Positions 37,389-49,833 are shown, counted from the stretch's first letter. The stretch: 64,000 bases of DNA from Oopsacas minuta (GCA_024704765.1 JAKMXF010000302.1:124001-188000); one strand, 5' to 3'. Numbers and translations are program-made. The notes: generated by a model from the letters alone, not told the origin.

Positions 37389-39731
37389 ATGACTCATAAC
37401 AAAGTGAAGATGTGCGGATTAAAGACTCCTCCAGTTAGAATACCCAAAAAGCCTCGTGCCATACATATTGGTAGTCCTGAAGAGAATAGTTTATTTTTTT
37501 CTAGCCTCAATGCTCGAGTATATCCGAAAGGTTCTGATAATTCCACTCAAAAAGTAAAGCTAAAATTAAAAAATGCTTCTTCTTTACCATCTCCAAAGAA
37601 ACTCAGGCCATCTGAGGGCAAAATATCCACCTTACCTAATCTGGTAGCCTATTCAGATGATGATGATGCAGGAGGAATTTCAGATTATGGAACAACTACA
37701 CCAAGTACTAACACAATTGCAGTGAGCAGGACTCAAAAGGATAACAGTATAACTATTAGGCTATTGGAAACTTGTAAGACCAAGAGCAATCCATTCAAGA
37801 CAATAGAATCCAAAACTTTTTATAACAAAACATCTAGTCCTAAAACTTATAAGAGACTTAGAGACACTCATATTACCAGTAGGATACCACCGCTGCCAAT
37901 ACGTAGAGTATCTTCTAAACCGTTTTTATCTGACCAAAATTTCTGTCCTTTCCGTGTAGACGAGGAACTCACACGTAATACAATTCACAGAGAAGATAAA
38001 AAGCATTGCAAGCCGCAATATAAAATAAATAAACTAGAGACCATTGATTTGCTAGAGTATGGCGAAATGAATATTTCTCCTCCTCCAGAGAATAAGGTAG
38101 AATCTAAAAGCCCAGAAATACCGAATCGACCTATACTCCCATCAGAGCCTGAGTCTGAGCCAGATTTCAATCTCTCATACGATTCTCCTCCTCCCCCACT
38201 CATTGAAGATTTTATGGAAATCACAAATGAAATGTTGGACGTGTTTAAAATGGAAATCTTATTATTTTATTTTGGTTCTCTATCCTGTAAGCCTCTAGAT
38301 AGTCTTCAAATTGACAAGGATTATTTTAAACTTCATATCCAGTTCATCAATGGTCAAAATGCCTGTAGTCAGCTGTTTCAAATACAGGCATGTAATATTG
38401 AATCAATTGAGATCAACAGACTAGAGGATAATGGTTATATTTTTATTAAACCCAAGCCTCATGCAACAATCAAACTCTCTAAGGACCTCAACCTTAATCC
38501 TACTCAACACTTGAACGACTCGAGTGTCAATATAATGGAGCGATCAATAACTCTAAGATTTGAGATCAAACAATATCCACTTGATCATATCCACCATACT
38601 CTAAAAGTATTGTTTGAATTTCCTGTCCGTTTGAATACAAATGATAATTATATTCTTCTCATGTTCTTGTTACGTGAAGACTTAGCTCATAACACTATTA
38701 AATCACCCACCAAACCGAATTCACCAGCTCAGCTGCACAATATAACTCTAAGCTCTAGCGACAGTCAAGCCTTTCACGATGAAATTCTTGTAGATGAAGA
38801 AGAACATTCTTATTGTCAAACAAGACAGTCACAAAATCACAGTCATAGATCTCCTCAAGTAATCGAGGAATATAACAAGTTAAGTGAAAGCAATACAGAT
38901 AAGCTTCTTACTTACCCAGCTGTAGGACACTCACGTAGGATAACAATATACAAAGATGCTGTTAGCTGTCTGCTACCTGAAATGTTCTTGAATGACACGA
39001 TAATAGAATTCTATCTTCTCTATATATACCACGAACTCTTCTCCCAAAAGCAGAGAGAACAAGTACACATTTTCAATACTTTCTTCTACACAAAACTTAC
39101 AAACAATTCAAGTGACTCTCTCTCTCCTCAACGCATATCCGAGAAGCATGGTCAAGTTTCTAACTGGACTAAGAATGTCAATCTCTTTGAAAAAGATTTC
39201 ATTGTACTTCCTATACATGATCATGCCCATTGGTTTCTAGCTATTATATGTTATCCTAATCTATTTGGAAAAGACCCTATGACGAGATTAGAAGATGAAT
39301 CAAATCAATTGATAGATTTAGATTCATTGGAGTGTAAGTCTAATCGTAAGAAGAAGCAGTCCGAGAAAAAATCTTGTATCCTAATATTCGATTCCTTGGA
39401 GATCAAAAGGACCACTGTAATATACAATCTCAAGTCATATTTGAAAGCGGAATGGGAGGCTCGCTACAAATCACTCGGTGAATACCCTTTTGATCCCAAA
39501 AATCATTTGATAGGACATCATCCTAAACTACCTATCCAGCCGAATAGTTCTGATTGCGGCTTATTCGTGCTACAATACGCTGAAAGCTTTTTCACAGATC
39601 CTCCTCCAGATTTTACGATTCCTATCAAATTGGAGAAATGGTTCTCATTAGATAAAATTCAAGACAAACGGAATTGTCTTATAAAATTGATATTTGACTT
39701 ATCACAAAACGAAAATTACAAACAAGTGTAG
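37389..39731 (+). CDS. SENP6/7-type SUMO protease (peptidase C48), intronless
   Basis: FLNDTIIEFYL, HIFNTFFY, HWFLAIICYP, ILIFDSL and QPNSSDCGLFVLQYAESF, carrying the His/Asp/Cys catalytic residues. Confidence 0.9.
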   Translation: MTHNKVKMCGLKTPPVRIPKKPRAIHIGSPEENSLFFSSLNARVYPKGSDNSTQKVKLKLKNASSLPSPKKLRPSEGKISTLPNLVAYSDDDDAGGISDYGTTTPSTNTIAVSRTQKDNSITIRLLETCKTKSNPFKTIESKTFYNKTSSPKTYKRLRDTHITSRIPPLPIRRVSSKPFLSDQNFCPFRVDEELTRNTIHREDKKHCKPQYKINKLETIDLLEYGEMNISPPPENKVESKSPEIPNRPILPSEPESEPDFNLSYDSPPPPLIEDFMEITNEMLDVFKMEILLFYFGSLSCKPLDSLQIDKDYFKLHIQFINGQNACSQLFQIQACNIESIEINRLEDNGYIFIKPKPHATIKLSKDLNLNPTQHLNDSSVNIMERSITLRFEIKQYPLDHIHHTLKVLFEFPVRLNTNDNYILLMFLLREDLAHNTIKSPTKPNSPAQLHNITLSSSDSQAFHDEILVDEEEHSYCQTRQSQNHSHRSPQVIEEYNKLSESNTDKLLTYPAVGHSRRITIYKDAVSCLLPEMFLNDTIIEFYLLYIYHELFSQKQREQVHIFNTFFYTKLTNNSSDSLSPQRISEKHGQVSNWTKNVNLFEKDFIVLPIHDHAHWFLAIICYPNLFGKDPMTRLEDESNQLIDLDSLECKSNRKKKQSEKKSCILIFDSLEIKRTTVIYNLKSYLKAEWEARYKSLGEYPFDPKNHLIGHHPKLPIQPNSSDCGLFVLQYAESFFTDPPPDFTIPIKLEKWFSLDKIQDKRNCLIKLIFDLSQNENYKQV
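38250..38624 (+). repeat. Diverged duplicated segment B (SENP middle domain); second copy at 36292-36666
   Basis: Both copies share FGSLSCKPLD, FKLHIQF, IQACNIES, DLNLNPT and KQYPLD in colinear order. Confidence 0.9.
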
Positions 39732-40200
39732 TTTATTCAATTTTCAGATTATTAATTTTCATCTTTGCAATTATTATGGGCAACCTCACTTCTCCATTTT
39801 ATTGTTGTTGTGTTGTCGATACAGTCAAATGAAATGAGTTTCATGCGATTAGCTTTTACCATTCGAACAAAGATCGATTTTACAGTATATTCTTGTTGTA
39901 TTGAATACTTTGTGAATAAATTACATACCAAGGAATCATTTATCCGAATATTCATTTCTTAATTAGTTACAAATGTATATTGCAGCAGCACTACCATATC
40001 AGTTACATAGAGCTAGCTCAGCTTATGCGGTGGACTATGCTCATCAGTTTAGTGTATTGTGTTGCATTATAGGTTTCTATGAATCAATGTAGTAACATGT
40101 TGTGGTCTATCTAACTGGCTTCAAGTTGTCTTCCATCTTACCTAATAACTTCTACCACTACATATTTCCTTATTTAGATAATATTAACTAGCATTTAACT

Positions 40201-42825
40201 ATGTCAAACGAACAAATATCAGATGCTTATTTCGTGAGTGAATATGTTGAGGATCTCATTAAGGATTATTTATATTTCCGCGGTTACAATGCAACACTAA
40301 AGGCAATGGAAAATGATCAGAAAAATGCTAGAGATAAACTACTACAACCCACCAAGATTATCCGAGAGATACAGAATCTTATAGACACACATGACCTCAG
40401 TGGTCTACGAAATTACTGGAGTTTTCTGCATAAGCAGTTCTTCAGTCGTCTGGAGAGAGACCATCTGGAAGTAATGAGAAAGATTGAGACAGGAGTTCTA
40501 CGGCTATATCTCACTTCTGCTATTAGGGAAGGCAAGAAGGACAAAGTAAGGTACTAGCTAGATTTATTATGGTGATATCATATCACGATTTATTCGTATA
40601 TTTGTTAACGTGTAGGTAAACGAGTTCTTTGAAATGTTATCTAATGAGCTACAACAACTTCCCGAATGGAAAGATTGGTTCGCAGTGCCTTACATAAAAG
40701 GAATACAAGAACATCCTAAGTATGGTCGTTATTTCGGCAAGGCCTATCTCGAGAAGATTATGGTGTCTCTACACAACTTTATCTGTACTATTCTAGCTAA
40801 TATGCCCAGACCAATGTTAATGAGATTCGAGGAAGAACTGTTAAAAAGCAAGTAAGTATGGATTAATATTTCAATGCCTTAGCTCATTTAATTGGTCTTA
40901 TTACAGACGTGTAGCTAAAGAGAATGACGAGCTGATAGAACAAATGTCTCAAGCTAATTTTGAGAGACGAGCCTCTGAGGAAGAAGTACAGAAATACAAA
41001 ATACAGATAAAAGACAAAGAAATACAGATGGAACAATTGAAGAAACAGCTGACTGACTTTCTTAGAATCAGGAATCTCTCTCCAGGTGATAAAAATATTA
41101 AGTTACCAAACTCTCTTCCCCGTCTCAAACTTGAAGGTAACAGACCTCAGTCAATGGGAGATGATCCGAGAGATAACCCCAGAGATAATTGTCTACAATC
41201 TCTACCTCCAAGGTAATATTATTAGTAATGCTATCTTGTTATATTAATTATGTAATCATATTTATAGTTTCTCGAATAAAACATGCGATCCAGCTGTTAT
41301 ATCTAAGCCTGACGTTAAAGTAGGTTATGTGGAGAATGATAATGAGGAAATTCCCTCTTGTTATGAGATCCTTAGCGAAGTGCTCAGTCCACAGCATGTA
41401 GATGCTGTTCCTGTTCCCAATTCTATTCAGGATGTTGTTACTGGTAACTCACATCCAGAAAACTCTCTAAAAACAGGTCGGTACTTCTATTACAGCTGAT
41501 TAATTGTGAATATACGTATAATTTTGTTGGTTGTAGGAACAGATACAACTCGTAAAGATGACAATTTGGACGTTGACAAGAACTTACTTACCTTCTATAA
41601 CTGTCATCAACTTGATGAAGCTCCCTTCTTGTTCCTATCTAGAGACCATTACACAGGTCACGGGTCTCCCATTACACACTGTAAAGTAGCACCAGGTGGT
41701 TTATCAGTCGCATCAGCTGATATCAAGGGAGGGGTAAGAGTGTGGGAATTCGGAGAACGAATCAATGACGTATATAAAGTTAACTGTAGTAGCTTTCAAG
41801 TGTTGTCTTTAGAATGGGAGTGTAAGTATGCTCAATCTCTATTCGTTGGTGGAAATAACTGTAAGTATAATTAATACCTAATATCAATACCGTATATGGA
41901 TATAGTCTTTATTTCTCTATTTTAGCGAAGGTACAGCTACACTCTATTGCAAACAAGAAACTTCAACACGAGTTAGAGCTAAGCGAGCACTATCCACGTG
42001 TTCTGTCTATTGCTTGTCATCCTATCAATAACTCTTTTGTACTCGCTTGCTCAGAGTCAGGTAAATTTACCCGATTACCCCCAGACTCTTCTCCACAGCC
42101 TCTACGTAACTCTATCAAGTCCCCTATTAATGTTGTAGATCAGCATCGTCTGGGTACTCTAACTATTTGGGACTGGAAAACACTTAAAATGACTTCTCGC
42201 ATAGAAGTACAACCTCGTCCCTTCTCTATTACTACTACTTCATTCAATCACAACGGTAATCTGTTACTAACTGGAGGTGTGGATGGAATGGTGAGACTTT
42301 ACGACCTATCTAATCAGGGATGCATTATGGGTTGGCATGCTCATGCTGGGGAAGTAAGTTATTATTGTGTATTTATTAGGACCGGATATTAATTGTCCTA
42401 TTCAATAGATCAGCAATTTGATGTTCTCGAATGATGAGAATTCCATATACTCCATGGGTAGTGATAGCAAGTTCACACAGTGGTCAATTCAAAACATGGG
42501 ACAGAGATTACAGGACATCCCTGTAGAGGTAGACGCCTGCATTCCCCACTTAATTATGGGAAAAGGCCACCGGAAACCTTCCGATCTTGCAGTAGGTAAA
42601 CTGTTTGCATTTGACAGTGACAGTGATCATGTTTTGACATGTGGGAACCCTCGTGCGCATGTCTATAAGCTAGTACGCTCTGCTCCTGTGGAGCACGTCC
42701 TCTCAATAGGAGGACATAATGACGTAATAACCTGTGTGGACTGGTCTAGCTCTCAGACCTGTTGCTCTTGTATAACTGGTTGTGCAGATGGTAGTATTAA
42801 CGTCACGACCTTACTAAGGCAATAG
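40201..42825 (+). CDS. WDR91: WD repeat protein 91 (spliced)
   Basis: LIKDYLYFRGY, DLSGLRNYWSFL..FFSRLE, PEWKDWFAVPY and C-terminal WD40 repeats (HYTGHGSPITHC, FNHNGNLLLTGGVDG, ITCVDWS). Confidence 0.9.
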
Positions 42826-43219
42826 AAGCTGTTGAGCAATTACAGGTTAGAAATGACATATACATGTTATAACTTATTCAATTCTCAATACGTGTATATT
42901 TTGAATTAATTATAGAGTGTACATTAATTGATTTACGCGAATTAGCGAAAGCTTTATAATTCATTTTATCGGTGTATTATTCGCGAAAATATGTTTGACC
43001 TACCTAGTAGTAATGGAATTCTTTCAGAAATTCAGCCATATGTTCTAATGGGCTGTGCTATCTAACCGTAAATACATTAATTATTAGCTTATTGCTACTA
43101 TGACATAGTTTGCATTAGCTAATTTAGACGTACAAATGATTATTATGCAAGTAGAGCATGTAACTCTGTGAAGTGCGTTCCAAGACCACGATCCTCACTA
43201 TTGCTATATTCTGATTGAC

Positions 43220-43228
43220 TATAAATAG
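43220..43228 (+). promoter_or_regulatory. TATA box candidate upstream of the DRAM/TMEM150-like gene
   Basis: TATAAATAG begins 51 nt upstream of ATG 43271, inside the inverted repeat GACTAT-AA-ATAGTC. TATA-like strings are common in AT-rich DNA. Confidence 0.45.
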
Positions 43229-43270
43229 TCCCTCTCGCTGGAAAGACTATATATAATTCGAATCTTAAAT

Positions 43271-44326
43271 ATGCCTTCTACCGCGCGAGATGATCGACTC
43301 TTGAGTTCATCTCATCTATGCATACCAGGCGTTTTAGCCTTCTGTTTAGGGATAATTGCATTTGTGTGTTTATTTGGTGCGTCATACGGTCTCAATTCGT
43401 TTGGTTGCCCTGTGTTATTCATGAGCAATTTGGCAGAAAAATTCCTCAGTCGCAGCCTGTTCACATACTTCATAACTATAACGGCTATCATGTACGGGAT
43501 CACTATGTTTATTCACTACATTGATGTAAAACTGCGTATAAAGTGGGACATTGTAGAAGGAGAATTAGACAACTATACAAGTCTAAATAATATTAGCATT
43601 TTTTGTGGGATAATATCTATGTTTGGATTCATTGGCATCACTTCATTTCCTTATCGAGGTATTCCTGTTGTTCAGTCGCTATATTTTACAAACAATTCGA
43701 ATGATACGAATTCTATTATATTTTCTTCTGTGAATATTGTCCATATGATTAATGTTGGATTTGGTTATGTCGGATTCTTCCTGTATGCTTGGTCAGTATT
43801 TCTCCTCAACATTCGTACACGAGTTTCTTATAGCTCTTCTTGTAGCCTCCTATTTCTAGCGTTTCAATCTTTTATCCTTATTTTGTTCACTATATTCTCG
43901 AATGTTACTGTAATCTCCATGATAATAATGTCTATATTCTACGAGATACAACCTGAGTCAATTTCGAAAATTTTCCCTGAATGTTTCAATGATTCTTCTA
44001 TTGCCTACTATGCTCATATGGCAGCTATACTGTCACAATTCATAACTACAGCTAGCATTCTATTGTATTGTCTCACTCTCCTCCCCCCTCTCAAAAAGAA
44101 GATCTTGTTTATATCACTTGAAGAACTCACTATTTACTCCCTTGGTTCAAACCTGACTACAGATGCGGAGAGCTTTTCGCCACCTCACATGAACGGCGAT
44201 ATTAAACCACTCTCTGGGTCCAGAAGAGAGAGACTATCAGAGAGTTCTGATGTTCTATTTGGAAATACATACACTAACTCTCAATCCAATTCCGTATTCG
44301 ACCTGTACAAAGAAACTATTCTGTAA
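43271..44326 (+). CDS. Multi-pass membrane protein, Frag1/DRAM/Sfk1 (TMEM150-like) family, intronless
   Basis: About 6 hydrophobic segments. VLFMSNLA follows TM1; LNNISIFCGIISMFGFIGITSF and VHMINVGFGYVGFFLY follow the DRAM/TMEM150 pattern. Confidence 0.55.
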   Translation: MPSTARDDRLLSSSHLCIPGVLAFCLGIIAFVCLFGASYGLNSFGCPVLFMSNLAEKFLSRSLFTYFITITAIMYGITMFIHYIDVKLRIKWDIVEGELDNYTSLNNISIFCGIISMFGFIGITSFPYRGIPVVQSLYFTNNSNDTNSIIFSSVNIVHMINVGFGYVGFFLYAWSVFLLNIRTRVSYSSSCSLLFLAFQSFILILFTIFSNVTVISMIIMSIFYEIQPESISKIFPECFNDSSIAYYAHMAAILSQFITTASILLYCLTLLPPLKKKILFISLEELTIYSLGSNLTTDAESFSPPHMNGDIKPLSGSRRERLSESSDVLFGNTYTNSQSNSVFDLYKETIL

Positions 44327-44587
44327 AAACTTTTTAATGTGAATGTCTTACAATTCTCGTTAACGACTGACCTTTGAGATACTCGATCCGTTCACTTCCT
44401 TCTTTCACATAGACAACTTGTATTTATTTATTGACATATTTATTTACGTATTTACTTATCTGTTGTTTTGGTAGTTCACGTTGAATATGTCTGAATTATT
44501 GTTTATTTTATCTACTATTAAGGGGATATCAGAATAACAGCAAAATAGATCAAATTTAATTATGCTTAATCTAGCGTGTGTTCTAGC

Positions 44588-47500
44588 ATGTTATCTAATG
44601 TTCCAAATAATGTCAGCCTATCAAATTCCATGACGTCAGGAGACCCTACCAATTCTCCTGACGATCCACAAACTCCAACTTGTAGTTTACAAAACACTAC
44701 GAACTCAATTGGTATCGGGGATAAATTCCAAAGAGAAAATCTGAGTGATTTATCAGAAACAGAATGTGACAATTCCTGTCAAAGGAATAAATCTTGTCCA
44801 CAATTGGAAACACATCTTGCTCTGCCATTGCCATCTAGTAGTTTAGTAAACGCGAATGTTAGTTGTATCATACCAACTGGAAATGGTGTGACAAAAGTAA
44901 AGCTAAAACGTGGTAGAAAGCCCAAAAATCTGGAACCACTGATTTCAGCTTCTGGCCCATTCACTATCCCGCTAAGAGATCAGATCTCTGAAATATCTAG
45001 AACCTTCCGTGAACAACCTGGTCCTCCCTATCGATGTCCGCTTTGTCTTAAAATCTATTTCAGTTACTCAGGAGTTCTCTATCATTTGCGAAATAACACA
45101 CATTCTGAAGCAGCTGTTTTAGAGAACAGAAAGAAGATGGCCAGAAGCAGACGGAAGCCTAAGACTAGTGCTGAAGGTCAGAAATTCGCTGAAGTTGAGA
45201 TTGAAAATGAAATCTACAAATTACCTTTTGAGAAATTTATTAACTTCGAGGTGACAGATGTTCCTCCCTCCCCTCTAACTCCCAAAATAAGTACGATTTG
45301 TATGCCCAATCAAACCTCTCCCGCTAAGAACTCTCCTAAGACACTCCGTGGACAATACTCCCCCGATAAAGCTCCTCCCCCTGAGGCTAGCTTTAAATTA
45401 GTTATAGAGAGAGACCATATTCGACACGGGGCTACAATGCCACTAAACTATATTCAGTATATCGAGAAAACGTCTGAAGACATGGCAATGTTTGTTGAAT
45501 ACGAAATGGATGAGGAGGATATTGCCTGGCTGTCGCTTATCAATGACAAACGGAATATAGAAGATATACCTACTATCTCTTATGATCTTTTTGAACTGAT
45601 AATGGATAAATTTGAGAAGGTATCTATTTTAATTTTTTTTGTTAAGAGAGGCTAGTATTTTTTCTGAGTATCTATAGGTTTGTGTTTTCGAGACATCAGC
45701 TGATGGGACAGTGCCAAATCAAAACAGTTTCGATCCACTTAACAATATTGATGAGAACGCAGTATGCTCGATCTGTAGTGATGGAGAAGCTCAGAACACA
45801 AACATGATCCTCTTCTGTGATATGTGCAATATTCCAGTACACCAGGAGTGTTACGGAGTTCCCTACATACCAGAAGGACAATGGCTTTGTAGGTTGGCTC
45901 TACCAAAATTAATATAATTTATATGTATGCTCTTATTTATCAAATTAAAGTACACTACTCACATACTCTAAGCCATGACTCTGTCTAGGTAGACGTTGTC
46001 AGTTATCTCCCTCGTGTGGAGTAGAGTGTGTGCTTTGTCCTAACAAACCTGGAGCATTCAAACAAACAGATGACGGACGGTGGTCTCACGTTATATGTGC
46101 TCTCTGGATTCCTGAAGTTCAGTTTGCTAACCCTGTATTTCTAGAGCCTATAGATGGACTCAAGAACATTCCTCCAGCAAGATGGAAACTTCTCTGCTAT
46201 ATCTGTGGACTGAAGGGACCTTGTATACAATGTAGCAGACAGAACTGCTATCTAGCATTTCATGTAACCTGTGCACAAGACAGTAGTTTGTATATGCGAA
46301 TAGAAGCTCTGGATGAGATAGGAGGTACTCTAAGGAAGCTAGCTTATTGCGTTAATCATGGACCTGATAGTATTCATAAGAGAGGTAGGAAGAAGATACC
46401 TAGAAGATTGAGTGAGCATGATAAGGATAAAGAAGGGACTGAAAATAAGAAAAATGTTGGTAGACCCAAGAAACAGCTCAACATTCCTCTTCCCCTTCCC
46501 ACCATTAGTGTACCCAAGATACCAGATGCTAAGTAAGCCATTGATTACATAATACTTATCATACGAATTATGATTACATCTATTTAGGATAAATGAAATT
46601 GTACAGAATGTAGAGCTACAAGATAAGGAGGATATTGTAGATAAATTGAAACATTATTGGATGCTTAAGAGACACATGAGGAACGGGGTCCCTCTGATCA
46701 GGAGGCTAGCTTCTATTACACAACAGAAACTCAATCATCAGGTACATGAGAATTAGTCTATAAATAGTATAATTATCCCCGTAATTTCTGTCTTATTTTA
46801 GGATCTAAGTATAGAAGAACTGACAGAATTAAAGGAGAAATTCTTTCTCCTCCGACGAGTACGGACAGATTTAGAGAAAGTACGTATGTTAGTCCAGCTG
46901 ACTTACAAAAGAGAAAGAGTGAAGAGAGAGAAAGTAAGTCTCAGATATTGTATTCCCCATGGTTACTTGTAAGACAGGGATAACTATAATCATCATGGAC
47001 ACTATATTCTGGGGGTTTCAAAATTACTCTATTAAAGTTGTTCTGTACACCCTAAACGGTTATTGGTTGCTTTACATATTCCACTATTTAGGCTAAAGTT
47101 CTCCATCAATCAATAGAGCTAGAGTTAGTCCCACTACATAGATTAATGTCTCTTGTACTTGAGAAGTTGATAGAGCGAGATGTTGCCAAGATATTTACTC
47201 AACCAGTTGACATAAAAGACGTGCGTTTGTAGAGTTAATTTAGCCAAACAACACTTGTATAACTAATATTTAGGTGCCAGATTATGGAGAAGTTGTCAGA
47301 GATCCAATTGATATTTCTACTGTGAAAGAAAAATTAGAAAACTTCGACTACCTCGATGTTGAAATGTTTACGAAGGATATTTATAAAATTTGGGAAAATG
47401 CTAAGTGTTACAACAAAGAAGAATCTGTGTACACTCGAGCTGCTAATCGGATGGAGAAGTTCACTGAAGTATTATTTAACTGGCTTGATCAAAAGTCTAT

Positions 47501-49578
47501 AGAAACAAACATTGACTCGAGAACAGGATTTCTTAGGAAAAGTCCACCACAACGAAAAAGTACTTGTAAATACTAATTAACTTGTAAATAGTAGCAAATG
47601 ATAATAATCTGATCTGAGGATGGTACGGTCATACGTGATCTGCCATCATTGAAGTGGTAATTTGTAATTTAGATGGAAAGCCTGCTGATGAATATTTACA
47701 TCTCTCACCAGATGATCAGGTGCGACAGCTTCAAGATAAGCTGGACGAGACCCGAGCTATCCTCTCCTCAGGTATTTCTATCTCACATCAGCTTGTTAAC
47801 CCTAATTACTTAAGACTAAAGGGATCATTTGAATTTTTTATGAATAATTAACTGATGGCTGTAAGCTAATTTATCAGATTCTGATTAAATATTAATCTTT
47901 GTTTAAACATAAGGCAATATATTATCAATTTCTCATATCTATCTATGCGTAGCAGTTACAAGAAAAGCACTCGTAAGAAACTTTAAGGAACAGATTTCAA
48001 CTCTGGTTAGCGAGTACGGGTTAAAAGATGTAAATTTCGAGCACAAATTCTCAGGTAAATATCTCATAGATTTGATCTTTACTAGCACTACCTACACTAT
48101 AATCCATTAAATTTGTAGAATCTGATTCTGTTGCTACAGAACCTGGTAAAGTAGAAACTCCTACTCCTAACAAGAAACGTAGGAGAGTTGAGATTGATAC
48201 TACACCCTCTGATATACGAGCTAGTCTGAGAATGACAGCAGCACGTAGAGCAGCACTCTCAAGGTAAAACATTATCCCCCGAATGCTAGAATATTTGATG
48301 ATATTTATTTCATTTAGTGCGAGATTGAATAGCAGTGAATCTAATCCTCCCTCTTCTCTAAATCCACCATCTCCTGATATGAAACGGGTTAGACAAGACT
48401 CTGAGAAAGAATATTCGGTTCAAGAACCTCTCCCGTCTTCTCAAGAAACAGTTACAACTAATGTATCAAGCGATAAAGGTATGTACATGTATTGTAATGA
48501 TATGTACTAATTAGATTGTTCTATCAAGGTTCTCTACGGAGTAATTCTAGTAAGAAGAAGAAGAGACACGCCTACTATTACAGATTATCTCATGAAAAAC
48601 CAAAGAAAGTTACAAAGAAAGTTCACAACTCAGAAGTAAGCTCAGGAACAGAGCAAATTATAGAAATTCATTCTCCAACAAGTTCAGTTAACGAGACCTC
48701 TCCACAAAACACAGAAGATAATCTCAAAGATTTCACAGACGCTCGTCCTCGCACCAGGAGTATGTCCCAAACTATGGATCTTCCTCCTCTTTTCTACCAT
48801 CCAGATCCCCACCTGCTTGTCACACAGAAGATCCGCACCTTATTCTCTGATCAGACCCCTCCCTCTTCTAGCCTGCTAGATGATACACCCGCTAGACAAC
48901 AATCTCTCTCTGAGGACGAATCTATCCCTCAGAGAGTGACAAGACAGAGATATAGAGATGATCATTTACAAGCAATACCCGAAGCACAACTCCTATCTCT
49001 TTCTATTCAAAGTAATAGAAAGGATAATTCTGCTAACGACTCTAGATCTGATGACCTAGAGAATAACAATGAGTTTTGGGATTTCCATCATCTCGATTTA
49101 GTGTGGGCTAAATGTGCTGGTTATCCATCTTACCCAGCAATTGTAAGCTATTATCCGTATTCGTATATTCTGCATTTATTATATACTGTGTTGTTAGGTT
49201 GTTGATCCAAAGTTAGCTAAACAAACAACCAAGTTAAATGATCAATCTATTCCTGTTCCGAAGAAAGAAGTTTTAGCTGATAAATCTGCCAAGCCTGAAT
49301 TCTTGTTGGTAAACTTCTTCGATTCTAAAAGAACATGGTTAGTGTATTACTGAGTATTTACTTTATTGTTGTTGTTGTTGTTGTTGTTGTTATTATTATC
49401 CCGTCCATTCAGGCAATGGCTACCTCCTTCCAAACTTCTCCCCCTGGGTGCAGATGACACTGACGATTCAAAACTGAAAGAAGTGAAAGGCTCACATCTA
49501 AAAGTATCTGTCCACGAAGCGTATACAAGAGCTAATAAGTTTGCTTGCGATAAACATTCAACACAAATTAGCAATTAG
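44588..49578 (+). CDS. BRPF1: Peregrin/BRPF1 (C2H2, EPL1, PZP, bromodomain, PWWP), many exons
   Basis: [79 protein letters not shown], a bromodomain with [12 protein letters not shown], and [18 protein letters not shown]...KRTWQWLP. It could equally be called BRD1/BRPF3-like. Confidence 0.9.
49366..49389 (+). repeat. (TTG)8 microsatellite in a BRPF1 intron
   Basis: Eight TTG units followed by a few TTA units. Confidence 0.9.
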
Positions 49579-49833
49579 AAATAATTATGACGCAATCTGT
49601 TTTGTGAATCGATTCTCACTTATCTTTTAATTTTCCCCTGTAAAGCATGGCAGCTATGGTATTTTACCTTCAAATCTATAACTGATGGAAATTTGAATTT
49701 TAATACAAGTTATACGGGAAACTCTAAAATACATAAGTAGATAGCAGAATTGCTTTCTAGCGGGAATCTATGAATTATACGTTATAGTCTTACTAATTTA
49801 TTGAATATCAACTGATATATTAGACCTAATTCT

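Noticed and set aside
39752-39962. Small ORFs on both strands in the SENP-WDR91 spacer, including MGNLTSPFYCCCVVDTVK at 39776
   Set aside because: Short, AT-rich, no homology I recognise and no convincing splice or acceptor context. Likely SENP 3' UTR.
46935-47090. Slightly long BRPF1 intron sharing short words (ccatggt, agggataac) with HUWE1 introns near 7500 and 8575, a possible MITE remnant or snoRNA
   Set aside because: Matches are only 7-9 nt. I found no terminal inverted repeats, target duplication, C/D boxes or H/ACA architecture.
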